Assembly (NCBI GenBank): GCA_965222075.1
Contig: OZ244937.1
Span: forward strand, 2,752,001-2,816,000
DNA from: Candidatus Latescibacterota bacterium
GTDB taxonomy: Bacteria > Latescibacterota > UBA2968 > GCA-2709665
Length of the DNA stretch: 64,000 bases
Reading direction: 5' to 3'
Shown: positions 36,864 to 47,495 of the stretch, piece by piece
Numbering within the stretch: position 1 is the stretch's first letter
How the letters are laid out: the number at the start of each line of letters is the position of its first letter
Position numbers and translations under genes: made by a program
Notes under the pieces: generated by a model
Told to the model about the DNA's origin: nothing
The model's database searches: none
What the model saw: only the letters and a program-made list of their open reading frames with translations

Positions 36864-39065
36864 GTGGCGACGCCAACAGACGTGTCCAAATCTCCTCCGG
36901 ACGCCGAGGCCATCATCGCCCGGGAATCGAATTACCCCAAACTCCAGGACCTGCTCCAAAAAGCCCTCCAGGTCCGCCCCACCCACGACATTGAACTGAT
37001 ATCAAAAGCCTACCACTGTGCCGAACTGGCCCACAGGAACCAGTACCGGAAATCGGGCCAGCTCACCATCCATCACGCTACGGAAGTCGCGCAAATCCTC
37101 ATCGACCTGAGCTTAGACACCACCACGATTGCCGCGGGCCTGCTCCACGATGTGGTCGAAGACACCGGCATTCCGCTCTCCCGGATCAACGCGGAGTTCG
37201 GGGATAAAATCGCCGGGCTTGTGGACGGGGTCACCAAGATCAAGGACCTCACCTTCCAGACCCCCGCAGCCGAACAGGCCGAAAACTTCCGCAAGATGCT
37301 CCTCTCCATGGCCCAGGATATCCGGGTGGTCCTCGTCAAGTTCGCCGACCGGCTCCACAACCTGCGCACGCTCAAATACCTCAAACCGGAAATCCGCCGC
37401 CAGATGGCCTTAGAAAGCCGGGACATCTACGCCCCCCTTGCCCACCGGCTCGGAATGGCCCGCATCCGTTCCGAACTGGAAGACCTCAGCCTGAAATGGC
37501 TGGAGCCGGAAGCCTACCGCGACATCCAGAAAAAGATCAACCTGACCCGGAAAGAGCGGGAGGCTTACATCGAGCAGGTCCACGCCTCCCTGCAGGGGGC
37601 GCTTCAAAAAGGCGGCATCCAGGCCGACATCAAGGGCCGCCCCAAAAACTTCCACAGCGTTTACCGAAAGATCGCCACCCAGGGCAAAGCTTTTGAGGAG
37701 ATCTTCGACCTCCTGGCCATCCGCATCCTGGTCAATACCGTGCCCGAGTGTTACAACGCCCTCGGCCTGGTCCACGCCATGTACACACCGGCCATGGCCC
37801 GGTTCAAGGACTTCATCGCCACCCCCAAGAGCAACATGTACCAGTCGCTGCACACCACCGTCGTCGGTCCCGGGGGGGTAATGGTGGAGATCCAGATCCG
37901 GACCTGGGAGATGCACCAGACCGCCGAAGTCGGCATCGCGGCCCACTGGCGCTACAAAGAGGGGAAACGCGGCCCCTCGGACCTGGACCGGCACATGGCC
38001 TGGCTGCGCAGCCTCTTAGAGTGGCAGCGGGAAACCACAGACCCGCACGAATTCATGGAAGAGTTGAAGATCGACCTCTTTCCCAACGAAATCTACGTCT
38101 TCACCCCCAGGGGCGACCTCATCCAGCTCCCCGAAGGCGCCACTCCGATCGACTTCGCCTTTGCGGTGCACACCGATGTGGGCTTCCACTGCATGGGCGC
38201 CAGAGTCGACGGCCAGATGGTCCCCCTCTCCACCCCCCTGCAAACCGGCAAAACCGTGGAAGTGATCACCTCCCCGCACCAGCATCCCAGCCGGGACTGG
38301 CTCACCTATGTCAAAAGCACCAAGGCCCGCAGCCGCATCCGGCGCTGGCTGAAAGATGAAGAACACGCGCACAGCGTCCGGCTCGGCCAGGAAATCCTGG
38401 AGCGCGAACTCAAACGGCGCAGAAAACGGGCCGCGGACAAAAAGCTTGAGGAAGTCGCAGCCGACTTTGGCGTCACCGACGTCGAACACCTCTATGCGGG
38501 CATGGGAAACGGCGATTTCTCATTAAACAGGGTCATCCACAAACTCTTCCCCACCGCCCGCCCCACACCCAAGAAAACCCGCCCGGAGCCCCCGCGCAGG
38601 CGCGGGAAGAGTCCCCTCAAAATCCAGGGCCTGAACAACCTGATGATCCACTTTGCCCGCTGCTGCCGTCCCATCTCCGGAGATTCGATCTTAGGCGTCA
38701 TCACCCGGGGCCAGGGGGTGTCGGTGCACCGCAGGGACTGTCCCAATATCCTCGCTCTCACTCAAGACCCGGAACGCATCCTGGAACTGGACTGGGACGT
38801 CGAAGAAGAAGAGACCTTTGTCGTCCGCATCCAGGTCATCGGCACCGACCGTCCCAATTTCCTGCGCGACGTCACCCAGGCCATTGCCGACCGGGGGGTT
38901 CCGATCGTCGGCGGCGAACTCACGACCGCGCACGGACAGGTTGGCGACCGGTTTCTGGTCGAGGTAAAAGACAGGCACCAGCTCAACGCACTCTTCAAAA
39001 AGATTTTGGCAGTGTCGGACGTTGCCGACGTGCAGCGGGTGGACGAGGCGGAAGAGGAAGAATGA
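36864..39065 (+). CDS. rel: Bifunctional (p)ppGpp synthetase/hydrolase Rel
   Basis: LLHDVVEDT hydrolase, RPK...S and EIQIRT synthetase, TGS (FTPRGD...DFAFAVHT), CC zinc finger, ACT domain. Confidence 0.95.
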   Translation: MATPTDVSKSPPDAEAIIARESNYPKLQDLLQKALQVRPTHDIELISKAYHCAELAHRNQYRKSGQLTIHHATEVAQILIDLSLDTTTIAAGLLHDVVEDTGIPLSRINAEFGDKIAGLVDGVTKIKDLTFQTPAAEQAENFRKMLLSMAQDIRVVLVKFADRLHNLRTLKYLKPEIRRQMALESRDIYAPLAHRLGMARIRSELEDLSLKWLEPEAYRDIQKKINLTRKEREAYIEQVHASLQGALQKGGIQADIKGRPKNFHSVYRKIATQGKAFEEIFDLLAIRILVNTVPECYNALGLVHAMYTPAMARFKDFIATPKSNMYQSLHTTVVGPGGVMVEIQIRTWEMHQTAEVGIAAHWRYKEGKRGPSDLDRHMAWLRSLLEWQRETTDPHEFMEELKIDLFPNEIYVFTPRGDLIQLPEGATPIDFAFAVHTDVGFHCMGARVDGQMVPLSTPLQTGKTVEVITSPHQHPSRDWLTYVKSTKARSRIRRWLKDEEHAHSVRLGQEILERELKRRRKRAADKKLEEVAADFGVTDVEHLYAGMGNGDFSLNRVIHKLFPTARPTPKKTRPEPPRRRGKSPLKIQGLNNLMIHFARCCRPISGDSILGVITRGQGVSVHRRDCPNILALTQDPERILELDWDVEEEETFVVRIQVIGTDRPNFLRDVTQAIADRGVPIVGGELTTAHGQVGDRFLVEVKDRHQLNALFKKILAVSDVADVQRVDEAEEEE

Positions 39066-39191
39066 AAATTCGTGAAATGTAGAATCGCTCGCGTTCTACC
39101 CCCCTTCCACGGCGTATTGCAAACGCAGCCGATTTTCCGGGCCGGGTGCACAAAGAGCCCGGCTTATCACCAGACTTTGCGTACGCTACCT

Positions 39192-41858
39192 CTACACCCC
39201 ACCCTCGGCCCTGGAAGCCTCCGACGATTCCACCTGCCGCTTCAGCGCCTCTAACTTCGTCAGCGCCTCCAGCGGCGTCGTGCGCTCGATATCCACCCCG
39301 CGCAGTTCGTTCAAAACCGGATGCTCCGGTGGCGCTGGGGCCTGCTTTGGAACGAAAAGGGAGATCTGCTCCTCGTCCGTCAGCCCCTTCCGCTTCCGGG
39401 ATAGCCGCACTGCGGACCGGGTTAGCGTCAGGTCGTTCTGCTCCAGCCGCCCCAGTACCTCTTTTGCGCGCGCAATCAGCTCCGGGGGCATCCCGGCCAG
39501 CTGGGCCACCTCGATGCCGTAGCTGTGGTCGCATCCCCCGGGCACCAGCCGGTACAGGAAAACGACCGTATCTCTCGTCTTCCGAACGGACACGCTGTAG
39601 TTCTTAACCCGGGGCAACATCTCCTCCAGCTCCGTCAACTCGTGGTAGTGGGTTGCAAATAAGGTACGCGGCCGGATGCCTCCTGAATTGTGCAGGTACT
39701 CCGTCATCGCCCAGGCAATGCTGAGGCCGTCGAACGTGCTCGTCCCCCGCCCGATCTCGTCCAAAAGGACCAGGCTCTTAGGCGTCGCATTGTTCAGGAT
39801 ATTGGCCGCCTCGTTCATCTCCACTAAAAATGTGCTCTCCCCCCGCGCTAAGTTGTCCGACGCCCCCACCCGGGTAAAAATCCGGTCCACCGCGCCCACG
39901 CGGGCCGACCGGGCAGGCACAAAGCTGCCCACCTGTGCCAGCAGCACAATCAGCCCCACCTGCCGCAAAACCGTCGACTTCCCGGCCATATTCGGCCCCG
40001 TAACAATCAGGATCTGCTCCTGACCGCCATCCAGGAACACGTCGTTCGGGACGAATTTTCCGCTCGGCAGAAGCCGTTCCACCACCGGATGGCGCCCCTC
40101 CCGGACCTCGATTACCGTGCTCTCGTCCACATCGGGACGGACGTAATCGCTGCCGGCGGCGACCTCCGCTAAGGAGGCCAGCACATCCACCACCCCCACC
40201 GTCTGTGCTGTCCGCTGCACCGGATCCACCCATCCGGCCACTTGCTCCCGCAGCCGGTGAAACAGCTCCTTCTCTAATGCCTTGGCCCGCTCGTCCGCCC
40301 CCAGGATCTTCGCCTCCCACTCCTTCAACGCCGGCGTGATAAACCGCTCGGCATTCACCAGCGTCTGCTTCCGGATATAATCCTCTTCCGGCACCTTGTC
40401 TAAGTTGGCCCTGGTCACCTCAATATAGTACCCGAACGCCTTGTTGTACCCCACCTTCAAAGACGCGATGCCGGTCCGCTCCCGCTCCTTGCTCTGCAGC
40501 TCCGCCACCCAGCTCCGTCCTCCGGAAGCCACATCGCGCAGTTCGTCTAATTCGGCGTGATGGCCAGACCGGATCATTCCCCCCTCGCTCAACACCACCG
40601 GAGGCTCATCTTCAATTGTGCGATCGATCAGGTCGGCCAACTCGCTCAAATCGGGCATTCCCTTATCCCGCGCCCGCCCCAGCAAACCAGCGCCCACTTC
40701 CCCAAGCGCATCCCGCAGGGGCGGCACGGCTCGCAGAGAAAGCTTCAGTCCGACCAAATCCCGGGGATTGGCGCGGCCGCAGCAGATCCTGGACATCAAC
40801 CGCTCTAAGTCTCCCACCCCCCGCAACGCAGACCGCACCGCTTCCCGCAGCGTTGGGGACCAGACCAGCGCGTCCACCGCATCCAGCCTCGCTTCGATCC
40901 GGGAAATATCCAGCAGTGGCTGGGCAAGCCAAGTCCGCAGGGTGCGCGCGCCCAAGGCCGTACACGTGCAGTCCAGCACCGAGAACAGGGAGCCCTCCCG
41001 GCGTCCCTCCTGCAGGGTCGTGACCAGCTCCAGGTTTCGCTGGGTCACCAGATCCAGCGCCATATACGAACCCGTATGCTCGCGGGACAGCCGGGTAATA
41101 TGCGAAATCGCCCCCTTCTGATTCTGCCGGAGGTAGCACAAAAGCCCGCCCGCAGCGCAGATTCCGGTCTTGAGGTCCTCGCAGCCGAACCCCTTCAGCG
41201 AAGACACCTGGAACTGTTCCAGCAGGGCATCGTAGGCGTAGGTATACCCGAAATACCAGTCCTCCTGACGGGTCAGCAGCACGCCCGGCAGGCGCTCCTG
41301 GCACGCCGCCTCGTTGGCCTCCGCCCAGGACTCGGGCGCCAGGATCTCCGCAGGCCCGATCCCCTCCAACGCCTCCCAGAGATCCCCTGCGCCCCGCTCT
41401 AAGGCCCGGAAGGTGCCCGTTGAAAGATCGGTCACGGCCAGCCCCGCCCGATCATCCTCAACATAGACGCCCACCAGGTAGTTGTTCCGCTTCTGATCCA
41501 GCAGATTGTCCGTAAGCGCCGTTCCCGGAGACACCACCTGCACCACCTCCCGGCGCACAATCTGCTTCCCCTTCTGCGGCGGCTCCATCTGTTCGCAGAT
41601 CGCCACCTTCTTCCCCGCCTTGATCAGCCGCGCCAGGTAGGTATCCAGGGCATGGTGGGGAACCCCCGCTAAAGGAATATCCTCGGCCCGGCCGTTGTTG
41701 CGCGCCGTCAGCGTCAGCCCGAGCAGCTGGGACATCTCCACCGCGTCTTCGTAGAATGTCTCATAAAAATCGCCCATCCGAAAGAGCAGAATCGCGTCGG
41801 CGTGCTCCTCCTTAAACCGCATATACTGCTCCATCATCGGAGTCATCTCTCTAACCAT
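39192..41858 (-). CDS. mutS: DNA mismatch repair protein MutS
   Basis: TPMMEQY, FRMGDFYE, TGPNMAGKST, DEIGRGTST, FATHYHEL. Confidence 0.97.
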   Translation of the reverse strand: MVREMTPMMEQYMRFKEEHADAILLFRMGDFYETFYEDAVEMSQLLGLTLTARNNGRAEDIPLAGVPHHALDTYLARLIKAGKKVAICEQMEPPQKGKQIVRREVVQVVSPGTALTDNLLDQKRNNYLVGVYVEDDRAGLAVTDLSTGTFRALERGAGDLWEALEGIGPAEILAPESWAEANEAACQERLPGVLLTRQEDWYFGYTYAYDALLEQFQVSSLKGFGCEDLKTGICAAGGLLCYLRQNQKGAISHITRLSREHTGSYMALDLVTQRNLELVTTLQEGRREGSLFSVLDCTCTALGARTLRTWLAQPLLDISRIEARLDAVDALVWSPTLREAVRSALRGVGDLERLMSRICCGRANPRDLVGLKLSLRAVPPLRDALGEVGAGLLGRARDKGMPDLSELADLIDRTIEDEPPVVLSEGGMIRSGHHAELDELRDVASGGRSWVAELQSKERERTGIASLKVGYNKAFGYYIEVTRANLDKVPEEDYIRKQTLVNAERFITPALKEWEAKILGADERAKALEKELFHRLREQVAGWVDPVQRTAQTVGVVDVLASLAEVAAGSDYVRPDVDESTVIEVREGRHPVVERLLPSGKFVPNDVFLDGGQEQILIVTGPNMAGKSTVLRQVGLIVLLAQVGSFVPARSARVGAVDRIFTRVGASDNLARGESTFLVEMNEAANILNNATPKSLVLLDEIGRGTSTFDGLSIAWAMTEYLHNSGGIRPRTLFATHYHELTELEEMLPRVKNYSVSVRKTRDTVVFLYRLVPGGCDHSYGIEVAQLAGMPPELIARAKEVLGRLEQNDLTLTRSAVRLSRKRKGLTDEEQISLFVPKQAPAPPEHPVLNELRGVDIERTTPLEALTKLEALKRQVESSEASRAEGGV

Positions 41859-41862
41859 CGCC

Positions 41863-42789
41863 CTATTCCTCTGCTCGCTTCTTCACCTGGCACGTAAGCT
41901 TTTCTGCCGTTTCAATCTGCTTGCGCGCCGCCTCTGCCGCCTCCCGATCCGCAAAAGGTCCCGTCAGCAGGAGGCGCAGCGCGCTTTCCCCAACGGCCTC
42001 CTCCCGGACCTGCAACCCCGCCTCCACCAAACGCGCGGACAGCCTCCCCAGGTTATCCCTATTCCCGAAAGCCCCCACCTGCACCCAAAAACGGCCCCCT
42101 TTCTGCGTCTCCTCACGCCTGCCTTCGCCGGATGTCCGGCCCACCTGCTTCCTCAACGCCGCAACCCGCTCCAGCATGGCTGCCTTCACCGGCCCTGCAT
42201 CGCCCTCCAGCAGCGCCTCTGCCACCCGCAACGCCTCGGACGCATCCCCCTGCTGCGCCTTTGCCTCCACGATCCCCAGGCGAACGTAGGGCGTAGTCTC
42301 CGAATCCGGAAACCGGCTCAGCGCCTCTTGTAAAGCCACGGAGGCGGAATCGGGCTGCCGCATCACCAGATAGGTCATCCCTATCCTGTAGAGCGCCCGG
42401 GGGGCCAGGGGGCTGTCCGGATAGGACGCCAGAAGCTGCCGGTAGCGGCGCCGGGCCGTCATATAAAGCCCTGCCGGATCCGCATAATCCGCCTCTGCCA
42501 GTTCAAAAAGCGCATCGTCGGCCAGGGCGTGCGCCGGGTGGGCCGCCAGCAGCCGCGCAAAGTAGCCCCGTGATTTCCCCCCCTCAGCCGTCAGCCGTCC
42601 CAGGTAGTAAAGCGCCTCGGCATCCCCCGGCTGGGCCGCCAGCCGCTTGAGAAACGCCGTCCGCGCCTCATCGAAACGACCCGCTTCAAACAGCGCGACC
42701 GGATCTTCTGCCCAAAGTGAACTTCCCTGCAGGGTCAGGACGGCGAAAGCGCACGTCCAGAGTATCGATGATTTAAAGGTCGCCCTCAT
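41863..42789 (-). CDS. TPR and SPOR domain periplasmic protein
   Basis: Signal peptide, TPR helices, C-terminal FWVQVGAF...GPF SPOR motif. Confidence 0.8.
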   Translation of the reverse strand: MRATFKSSILWTCAFAVLTLQGSSLWAEDPVALFEAGRFDEARTAFLKRLAAQPGDAEALYYLGRLTAEGGKSRGYFARLLAAHPAHALADDALFELAEADYADPAGLYMTARRRYRQLLASYPDSPLAPRALYRIGMTYLVMRQPDSASVALQEALSRFPDSETTPYVRLGIVEAKAQQGDASEALRVAEALLEGDAGPVKAAMLERVAALRKQVGRTSGEGRREETQKGGRFWVQVGAFGNRDNLGRLSARLVEAGLQVREEAVGESALRLLLTGPFADREAAEAARKQIETAEKLTCQVKKRAEE

Positions 42790-43291
42790 CAGCTCCCAAT
42801 GCTTTCTCTTTCCTGCGGGTCAAAACGAACCGATCTTCCTGTTTCCGATAATATCCCGAAACAAACTCACGCTCTGTAAACCCCCAGCCCTCATAGAGCC
42901 GGATGGCGCTCTTGTTAGCCGGATCGACCGTCAGAAAACAGTCCACACCCAGCGCATCCACCTCGACAAACAGCGCCTCCATCAGCCGGGTGCCGACCCC
43001 TTTCCCCCTCTGCGCCTCACCCACAAACACCTTGTGCAAACAATAAGATCCGGATACCGTAGGAAATGCAACCAGCGCCCCCAGAACCTCCCCGTCTTCC
43101 TTCGCGCAGAAAACCAGCGCGTGCTCAATCCAGATCCGCCACACGTGCTCCCCGTCCGGAATATACTCAGAATGCCGGGTCTTTGTCCAGGCCATTCGAT
43201 CCAACCGGGCAATCTCAAGAAAATCCTGCGTCTTTGCACGTTCGATGCGAACCACTACGGAATCCCCTCCTCCCGAACCTTCAGGTACCAT
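42773..43291 (-). CDS. GNAT acetyltransferase
   Basis: QRGKGVGT, NKSAIRLYEGWGF. Confidence 0.82.
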   Translation of the reverse strand: MVPEGSGGGDSVVVRIERAKTQDFLEIARLDRMAWTKTRHSEYIPDGEHVWRIWIEHALVFCAKEDGEVLGALVAFPTVSGSYCLHKVFVGEAQRGKGVGTRLMEALFVEVDALGVDCFLTVDPANKSAIRLYEGWGFTEREFVSGYYRKQEDRFVLTRRKEKALGADEGDL

Positions 43292-43367
43292 TTAACAAAC
43301 CACGACTCGTTCCCCACGGGACAGCAGCCGTTCAACCAGGTGGAATCCGATAAATCCGGCCCCCCCC

Positions 43368-44696
43368 TTATTTTGGATTTCGGAATGCGGAACCTAAAAT
43401 CTCGCCCACCACACGATCGCCTTCAATCCGCCTCAGACACACGCGCCGAACCTGGTTCATCGCAGAATCCGGTCCGGGCGCAAATACCCGGATGTAGTTG
43501 TCCGACACCCCCTGCAGGTACCCCATCTCGGACGTCCGACGGTTTTCAAAAAGCACCTCAAGGGACCTGCCCAGAAACTGCCGGTAGAAGGCCTCGGCCT
43601 TCTGCCGGCCCAAAGCGCGCAGGTCGGTCCCCCGTCGCTTCTTTACCGCCGCATCCACCTGCCCCCCCATCCGGGCGGCCGGCGTCTTCTTTCGGGGAGA
43701 GTAAGGGAAGACGTGGAGGTAGGCCATGGGGCTTTGCTCGATCAAATCGGTGGTATTCCGAAAAGCCGCCTCGGTCTCGCCCGGGAAACCGACCATCACA
43801 TCGCCTCCAATGCCGATGCCCGGAATCCGGTCCGCCAGCTTGTCGACCAGCGCCCGATACTGCGACCGGGTATAGGGGCGGCGCATCGCCTCCAGAATAC
43901 CGTCGTCCCCGCTTTGAAGTGGAATGTGAAGGTGGCGGCAGAACTTTCTCGAAGCCGCAAAGAAGTCGATCACAGGATCGGTAACATACGTCGCTTCAAT
44001 CGAACTAACCCGAAAGCGCCGGAGGCCCCCGATCCCGTCTACTGCCTCTAACACGTCGATCAGGTGCAGGCCCTCTAAATCGGTCCCGTAGTCGCCGATA
44101 TGCACCCCGGTCAGCACCACCTCCTGGTGACCCGCGTCGACCAGCCGCCTCACCTGGGTTGCTGTACTCTCCAGCGTGCGACTGCGGCTCCGCCCCCGGG
44201 CAAAGGGAATAATGCAGAAAGAACAGAATGCGTTGCACCCTTCCTGGATTTTCACAAAGGCCCGGGCCCGGCCGCCGAAATTGAAAATATCCATATCCTG
44301 GAAATCGGCCGTGCGGCTCGACGTCACAAAACTCCGCCCCAGAGAGCAGGTATCGTTCACCAGATCCAGCAGCCGGGTCTTCTCCGCCGTGCCCACCACC
44401 AGATCCACCTCGGGCATCTCGACCAGGGCATCCGGATCGGTCTGCGCGTAACAGCCAACGGCCACAACCGTCCCCCCCGGCGAGATGCGGTGCGCCCGGC
44501 GCAGCATCTGCCGCGACTGCGCGTCCCCCTGGCCGGTGACCGTGCAGGTATTCACCACCGTTACGTCTGCCGGCTCACCAAAGGAAACCACGCGGTATCC
44601 CTGTCCCTCGAACTGCTCGCGGTACCATTCCGTATCGTACGCGTTCAATTTGCAGCCGAGGGTGTAGAATGCAACGGTCTTTCCGGTTGTCTTCAT
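43368..44696 (-). CDS. mtaB: tRNA t6A37 methylthiotransferase
   Basis: TLGCKLN, NTCTVT, GCYAQ, KIQEGCNAFCSFCIIP radical-SAM motif, LHVFPYS, TRAM-like end. Confidence 0.9.
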   Translation of the reverse strand: MKTTGKTVAFYTLGCKLNAYDTEWYREQFEGQGYRVVSFGEPADVTVVNTCTVTGQGDAQSRQMLRRAHRISPGGTVVAVGCYAQTDPDALVEMPEVDLVVGTAEKTRLLDLVNDTCSLGRSFVTSSRTADFQDMDIFNFGGRARAFVKIQEGCNAFCSFCIIPFARGRSRSRTLESTATQVRRLVDAGHQEVVLTGVHIGDYGTDLEGLHLIDVLEAVDGIGGLRRFRVSSIEATYVTDPVIDFFAASRKFCRHLHIPLQSGDDGILEAMRRPYTRSQYRALVDKLADRIPGIGIGGDVMVGFPGETEAAFRNTTDLIEQSPMAYLHVFPYSPRKKTPAARMGGQVDAAVKKRRGTDLRALGRQKAEAFYRQFLGRSLEVLFENRRTSEMGYLQGVSDNYIRVFAPGPDSAMNQVRRVCLRRIEGDRVVGEILGSAFRNPK

Positions 44697-44728
44697 AAAC
44701 CCCTTTCCAGGGTAATACAACACATACA

Positions 44729-44762
44729 GCAAAGAGTTGAGGAAAATTCCTCAACTCTTTGC
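44729..44762 (-). terminator. Hairpin downstream of rpsA
   Basis: GCAAAGAGTTGAGG-AAAATT-CCTCAACTCTTTGC perfect stem. Confidence 0.7.
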
Positions 44763-44790
44763 CTTATCGTTCGATATCGTCAAAAAAGCA

Positions 44791-46704
44791 TCACGATTCC
44801 GACTCCGGCTTCTTCTCCGATTCCTCTTTTTCTCCTGAATCTGAATCCTCAGACGCCCCGGGTGCTGCCTCCGCCCGAGGCCCGGTTTTGCCTTCTGTTC
44901 CGGCAGCTTTTGCCTCTGCGGCCCCGGCTTTCCGTTCCTTTTCCACCACATCGCCAACCGTAACCGGACGGGTCTGGTGGCTTTCCAGGTAGGCGTCAAT
45001 TTCGGCCTGTTCGGCGTCGCGCAAATACTCTTTCACGCTCAGCACGATCTTCCGCTGTTCCTCGTCGAACTCCACCACCTTCAACGGCAGCTCATCCCCT
45101 TCGGAAAAATGGTCCTGCGGGCGTTTCAGGTCTTCCACGCCCAGCTGCGATGCCGGGATAAACCCCTCCACATCGCCCTCTAAGTCAACCACCAGACCCC
45201 GCTCTAAGATCCGGGAGATCTTACCCGGGGTCTGGTTGCCCACGGCATATTGTACGGCCAGATTGCCCCAGGGGTTCTCCACCGTCTGCTTGTGCCCTAA
45301 GGAAATCCGGCGCCGCTTCTTGTCGATACTGAGAACCACCACATCGATCTCCTGGCCCTTCTTGACCACCTCGCTTGGATGCCGCACCCGCCGGGTCCAG
45401 GACATATCCGAGATGTGGACCAGGCCGTCAATGCCCTCTTCGATCTCCACAAAGGCCCCAAAATTGACCAGGTTGCGCACCCTGCCCACCAACCGGGTGC
45501 CAGGCGGGTACTTTTCGTCCAGCGTGAGCCAGGGATCGGACGTCACCTGCTTGAGGCCCAGCGAAATCTTCTGCCCATCCTTATCCACGTTGAGAATCAC
45601 AACGTCTACATCATCGCCGATGGAGAGCAGCTTGGAAGGGTGCCGGATGTGCTGCGTCCAGGACATCTCCGAGATGTGGACCAGGCCCTCTACGCCCTGC
45701 TCCAGCTCCACGAAAGCCCCGTAATCGGTGATGCTCACCACCCGCCCCCGTACCCGGGCCCCCACGGGATACTTCTCTTCGATATTCTCCCAGGGATGGG
45801 GCGTAAGTTGCTTCAGGCCAAGTGAGATCCGCTCCCGCTCTTCGTCGTAATTGAGCACCTTCACCTGCACCCGATCGCCAATGGACAGGGCCTCCGAAGG
45901 GTGCCCCACCCGCCCCCAGGAGATATCGGTAATGTGAAGCAAGCCGTCTAAGCCACCCAGGTCGATAAACGCCCCGAAATCGGTGATGTTCTTGACCACC
46001 CCCTCGCGCACCTGACCCACCTCTAAGGTCTGCAGGATCTGTTTGCGCAGACGCTCCCGCTCTTCCTCTAACACCACGCGCCGTGAAACAACAATATTGC
46101 GCCGATTCTTGTTGAGCTTGATGATGTGGAACGGAAAGACCTCGCCGATAAACTGGTCGAAATTCTTCACCTGCTTAATATCGATCTGGGAACCCGGAAG
46201 GAAGGCATCCACCCCGAACAGGTCAACCACAATCCCACCCTTGATGCGGCGCACCAGGCGCCCTTCAACGATCTGATCGCTGTCGTAGGCGTCCTTGATC
46301 CGGTCCCAGACGCGCATAAAGTCGGCCTTCTGCTTGGAAAGGACGATCTGGCCTTCCTGATCTTCCACATTTTCTAAGTAGACCTCGATCTCCTGTCCAA
46401 CCTCAACATCAGAGAGACCGCCGAACTCCGAAAGGGGGATGGCCCCTTCAGACTTAAATCCGATATCCACGACAACGGTGTTTTCATCAACGGCCAGAAC
46501 GGTACCACTGACGATTTCGCCTTCGGCGATGTTGTTCATCGTATCTTCGTAAAGGCTCATCATCTTGGCAAATTCTTCTTCCGAATATTCGCTTTCATCC
46601 AGAGCCTTCAGCGCGTCTTCCGGAGGGGCGGCCACAGCAGCGGGCGCTTTCCCTTCTATGGTCTGATCGGCACCGGGTTCTTTGTTATTCTCTTCCTCAA
46701 ACAT
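44791..46704 (-). CDS. rpsA: 30S ribosomal protein S1
   Basis: Six S1 repeats (DFGAFIDLGG, DYGAFVEL, NFGAFVEI); AAGGAGG RBS before ATG 46704. Confidence 0.96.
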   Translation of the reverse strand: MFEEENNKEPGADQTIEGKAPAAVAAPPEDALKALDESEYSEEEFAKMMSLYEDTMNNIAEGEIVSGTVLAVDENTVVVDIGFKSEGAIPLSEFGGLSDVEVGQEIEVYLENVEDQEGQIVLSKQKADFMRVWDRIKDAYDSDQIVEGRLVRRIKGGIVVDLFGVDAFLPGSQIDIKQVKNFDQFIGEVFPFHIIKLNKNRRNIVVSRRVVLEEERERLRKQILQTLEVGQVREGVVKNITDFGAFIDLGGLDGLLHITDISWGRVGHPSEALSIGDRVQVKVLNYDEERERISLGLKQLTPHPWENIEEKYPVGARVRGRVVSITDYGAFVELEQGVEGLVHISEMSWTQHIRHPSKLLSIGDDVDVVILNVDKDGQKISLGLKQVTSDPWLTLDEKYPPGTRLVGRVRNLVNFGAFVEIEEGIDGLVHISDMSWTRRVRHPSEVVKKGQEIDVVVLSIDKKRRRISLGHKQTVENPWGNLAVQYAVGNQTPGKISRILERGLVVDLEGDVEGFIPASQLGVEDLKRPQDHFSEGDELPLKVVEFDEEQRKIVLSVKEYLRDAEQAEIDAYLESHQTRPVTVGDVVEKERKAGAAEAKAAGTEGKTGPRAEAAPGASEDSDSGEKEESEKKPESES

Positions 46705-46826
46705 TCGACAACAACCTCCTTGTCCATACCTCGAAACTTGGGCAGGTCCCATTCAAGAGGCACAGAACAGGTCCGGAAATAAAGGGTAAAACAGGGACTG
46801 AATCCCCGTTGAAAACAGGCCGGCAT

Positions 46827-47474
46827 CTATGAGAGAACACACGGTGCAGGAGCGGCCGTGCCGGCGTTCCGTCCCCCCCGCTTCAGTTCACTGATCTTGC
46901 GCATCACCTCGCTGCTGATGGATTGATAAGCCTCTTTTCGCCTTGAGGACAACCCGTCTGAATGAAACAGAACCGGCTCGCCGAACTTCACAACCACACG
47001 GCTCAAACCGATCAGACTCTTCCAGACATTGACCGTGCCCGAAATATAGGCCGGTACCACCGGAACCCGGGTACGATAGACCATCATGCCGATGCCCGCC
47101 TTGGGTTCGAGAAAACGGTCCGTTTTGTTCCGGGTCCCTTCTGGGGAGAGGAAGATGGCCCTGCCGGCCTTCAACCGTTTTTCAATGGTCCTCAAGGCGT
47201 TCCGATCGCCCCGAGATCGGTCGATTGGCATGGCGTTCAATTTTTCGACCAATCGTCCAAAAAACGGTACGGAAAAAAACTCCTGCTTAGTAACATACAA
47301 AAGTTCCCGGCTGGCCGCAACCCCGATCAGAACGGGATCGACATAGGAGCAGTGATTGCTGGCTAAGATCAGCCCGCCGTTTGCCGGAATGCGCTCATTT
47401 CCCTCCACCTGAAGCCGAAAGAAGAGCCTGGACAAGCCATACGCAATCCACCAGCAGGCCTGATAAAAACGCAT
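46827..47474 (-). CDS. plsC: 1-acyl-sn-glycerol-3-phosphate acyltransferase
   Basis: NHCSYVD, PEGTR. Confidence 0.88.
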   Translation of the reverse strand: MRFYQACWWIAYGLSRLFFRLQVEGNERIPANGGLILASNHCSYVDPVLIGVAASRELLYVTKQEFFSVPFFGRLVEKLNAMPIDRSRGDRNALRTIEKRLKAGRAIFLSPEGTRNKTDRFLEPKAGIGMMVYRTRVPVVPAYISGTVNVWKSLIGLSRVVVKFGEPVLFHSDGLSSRRKEAYQSISSEVMRKISELKRGGRNAGTAAPAPCVLS

Positions 47475-47495
47475 ATACGACCTCCCCAACAGGTG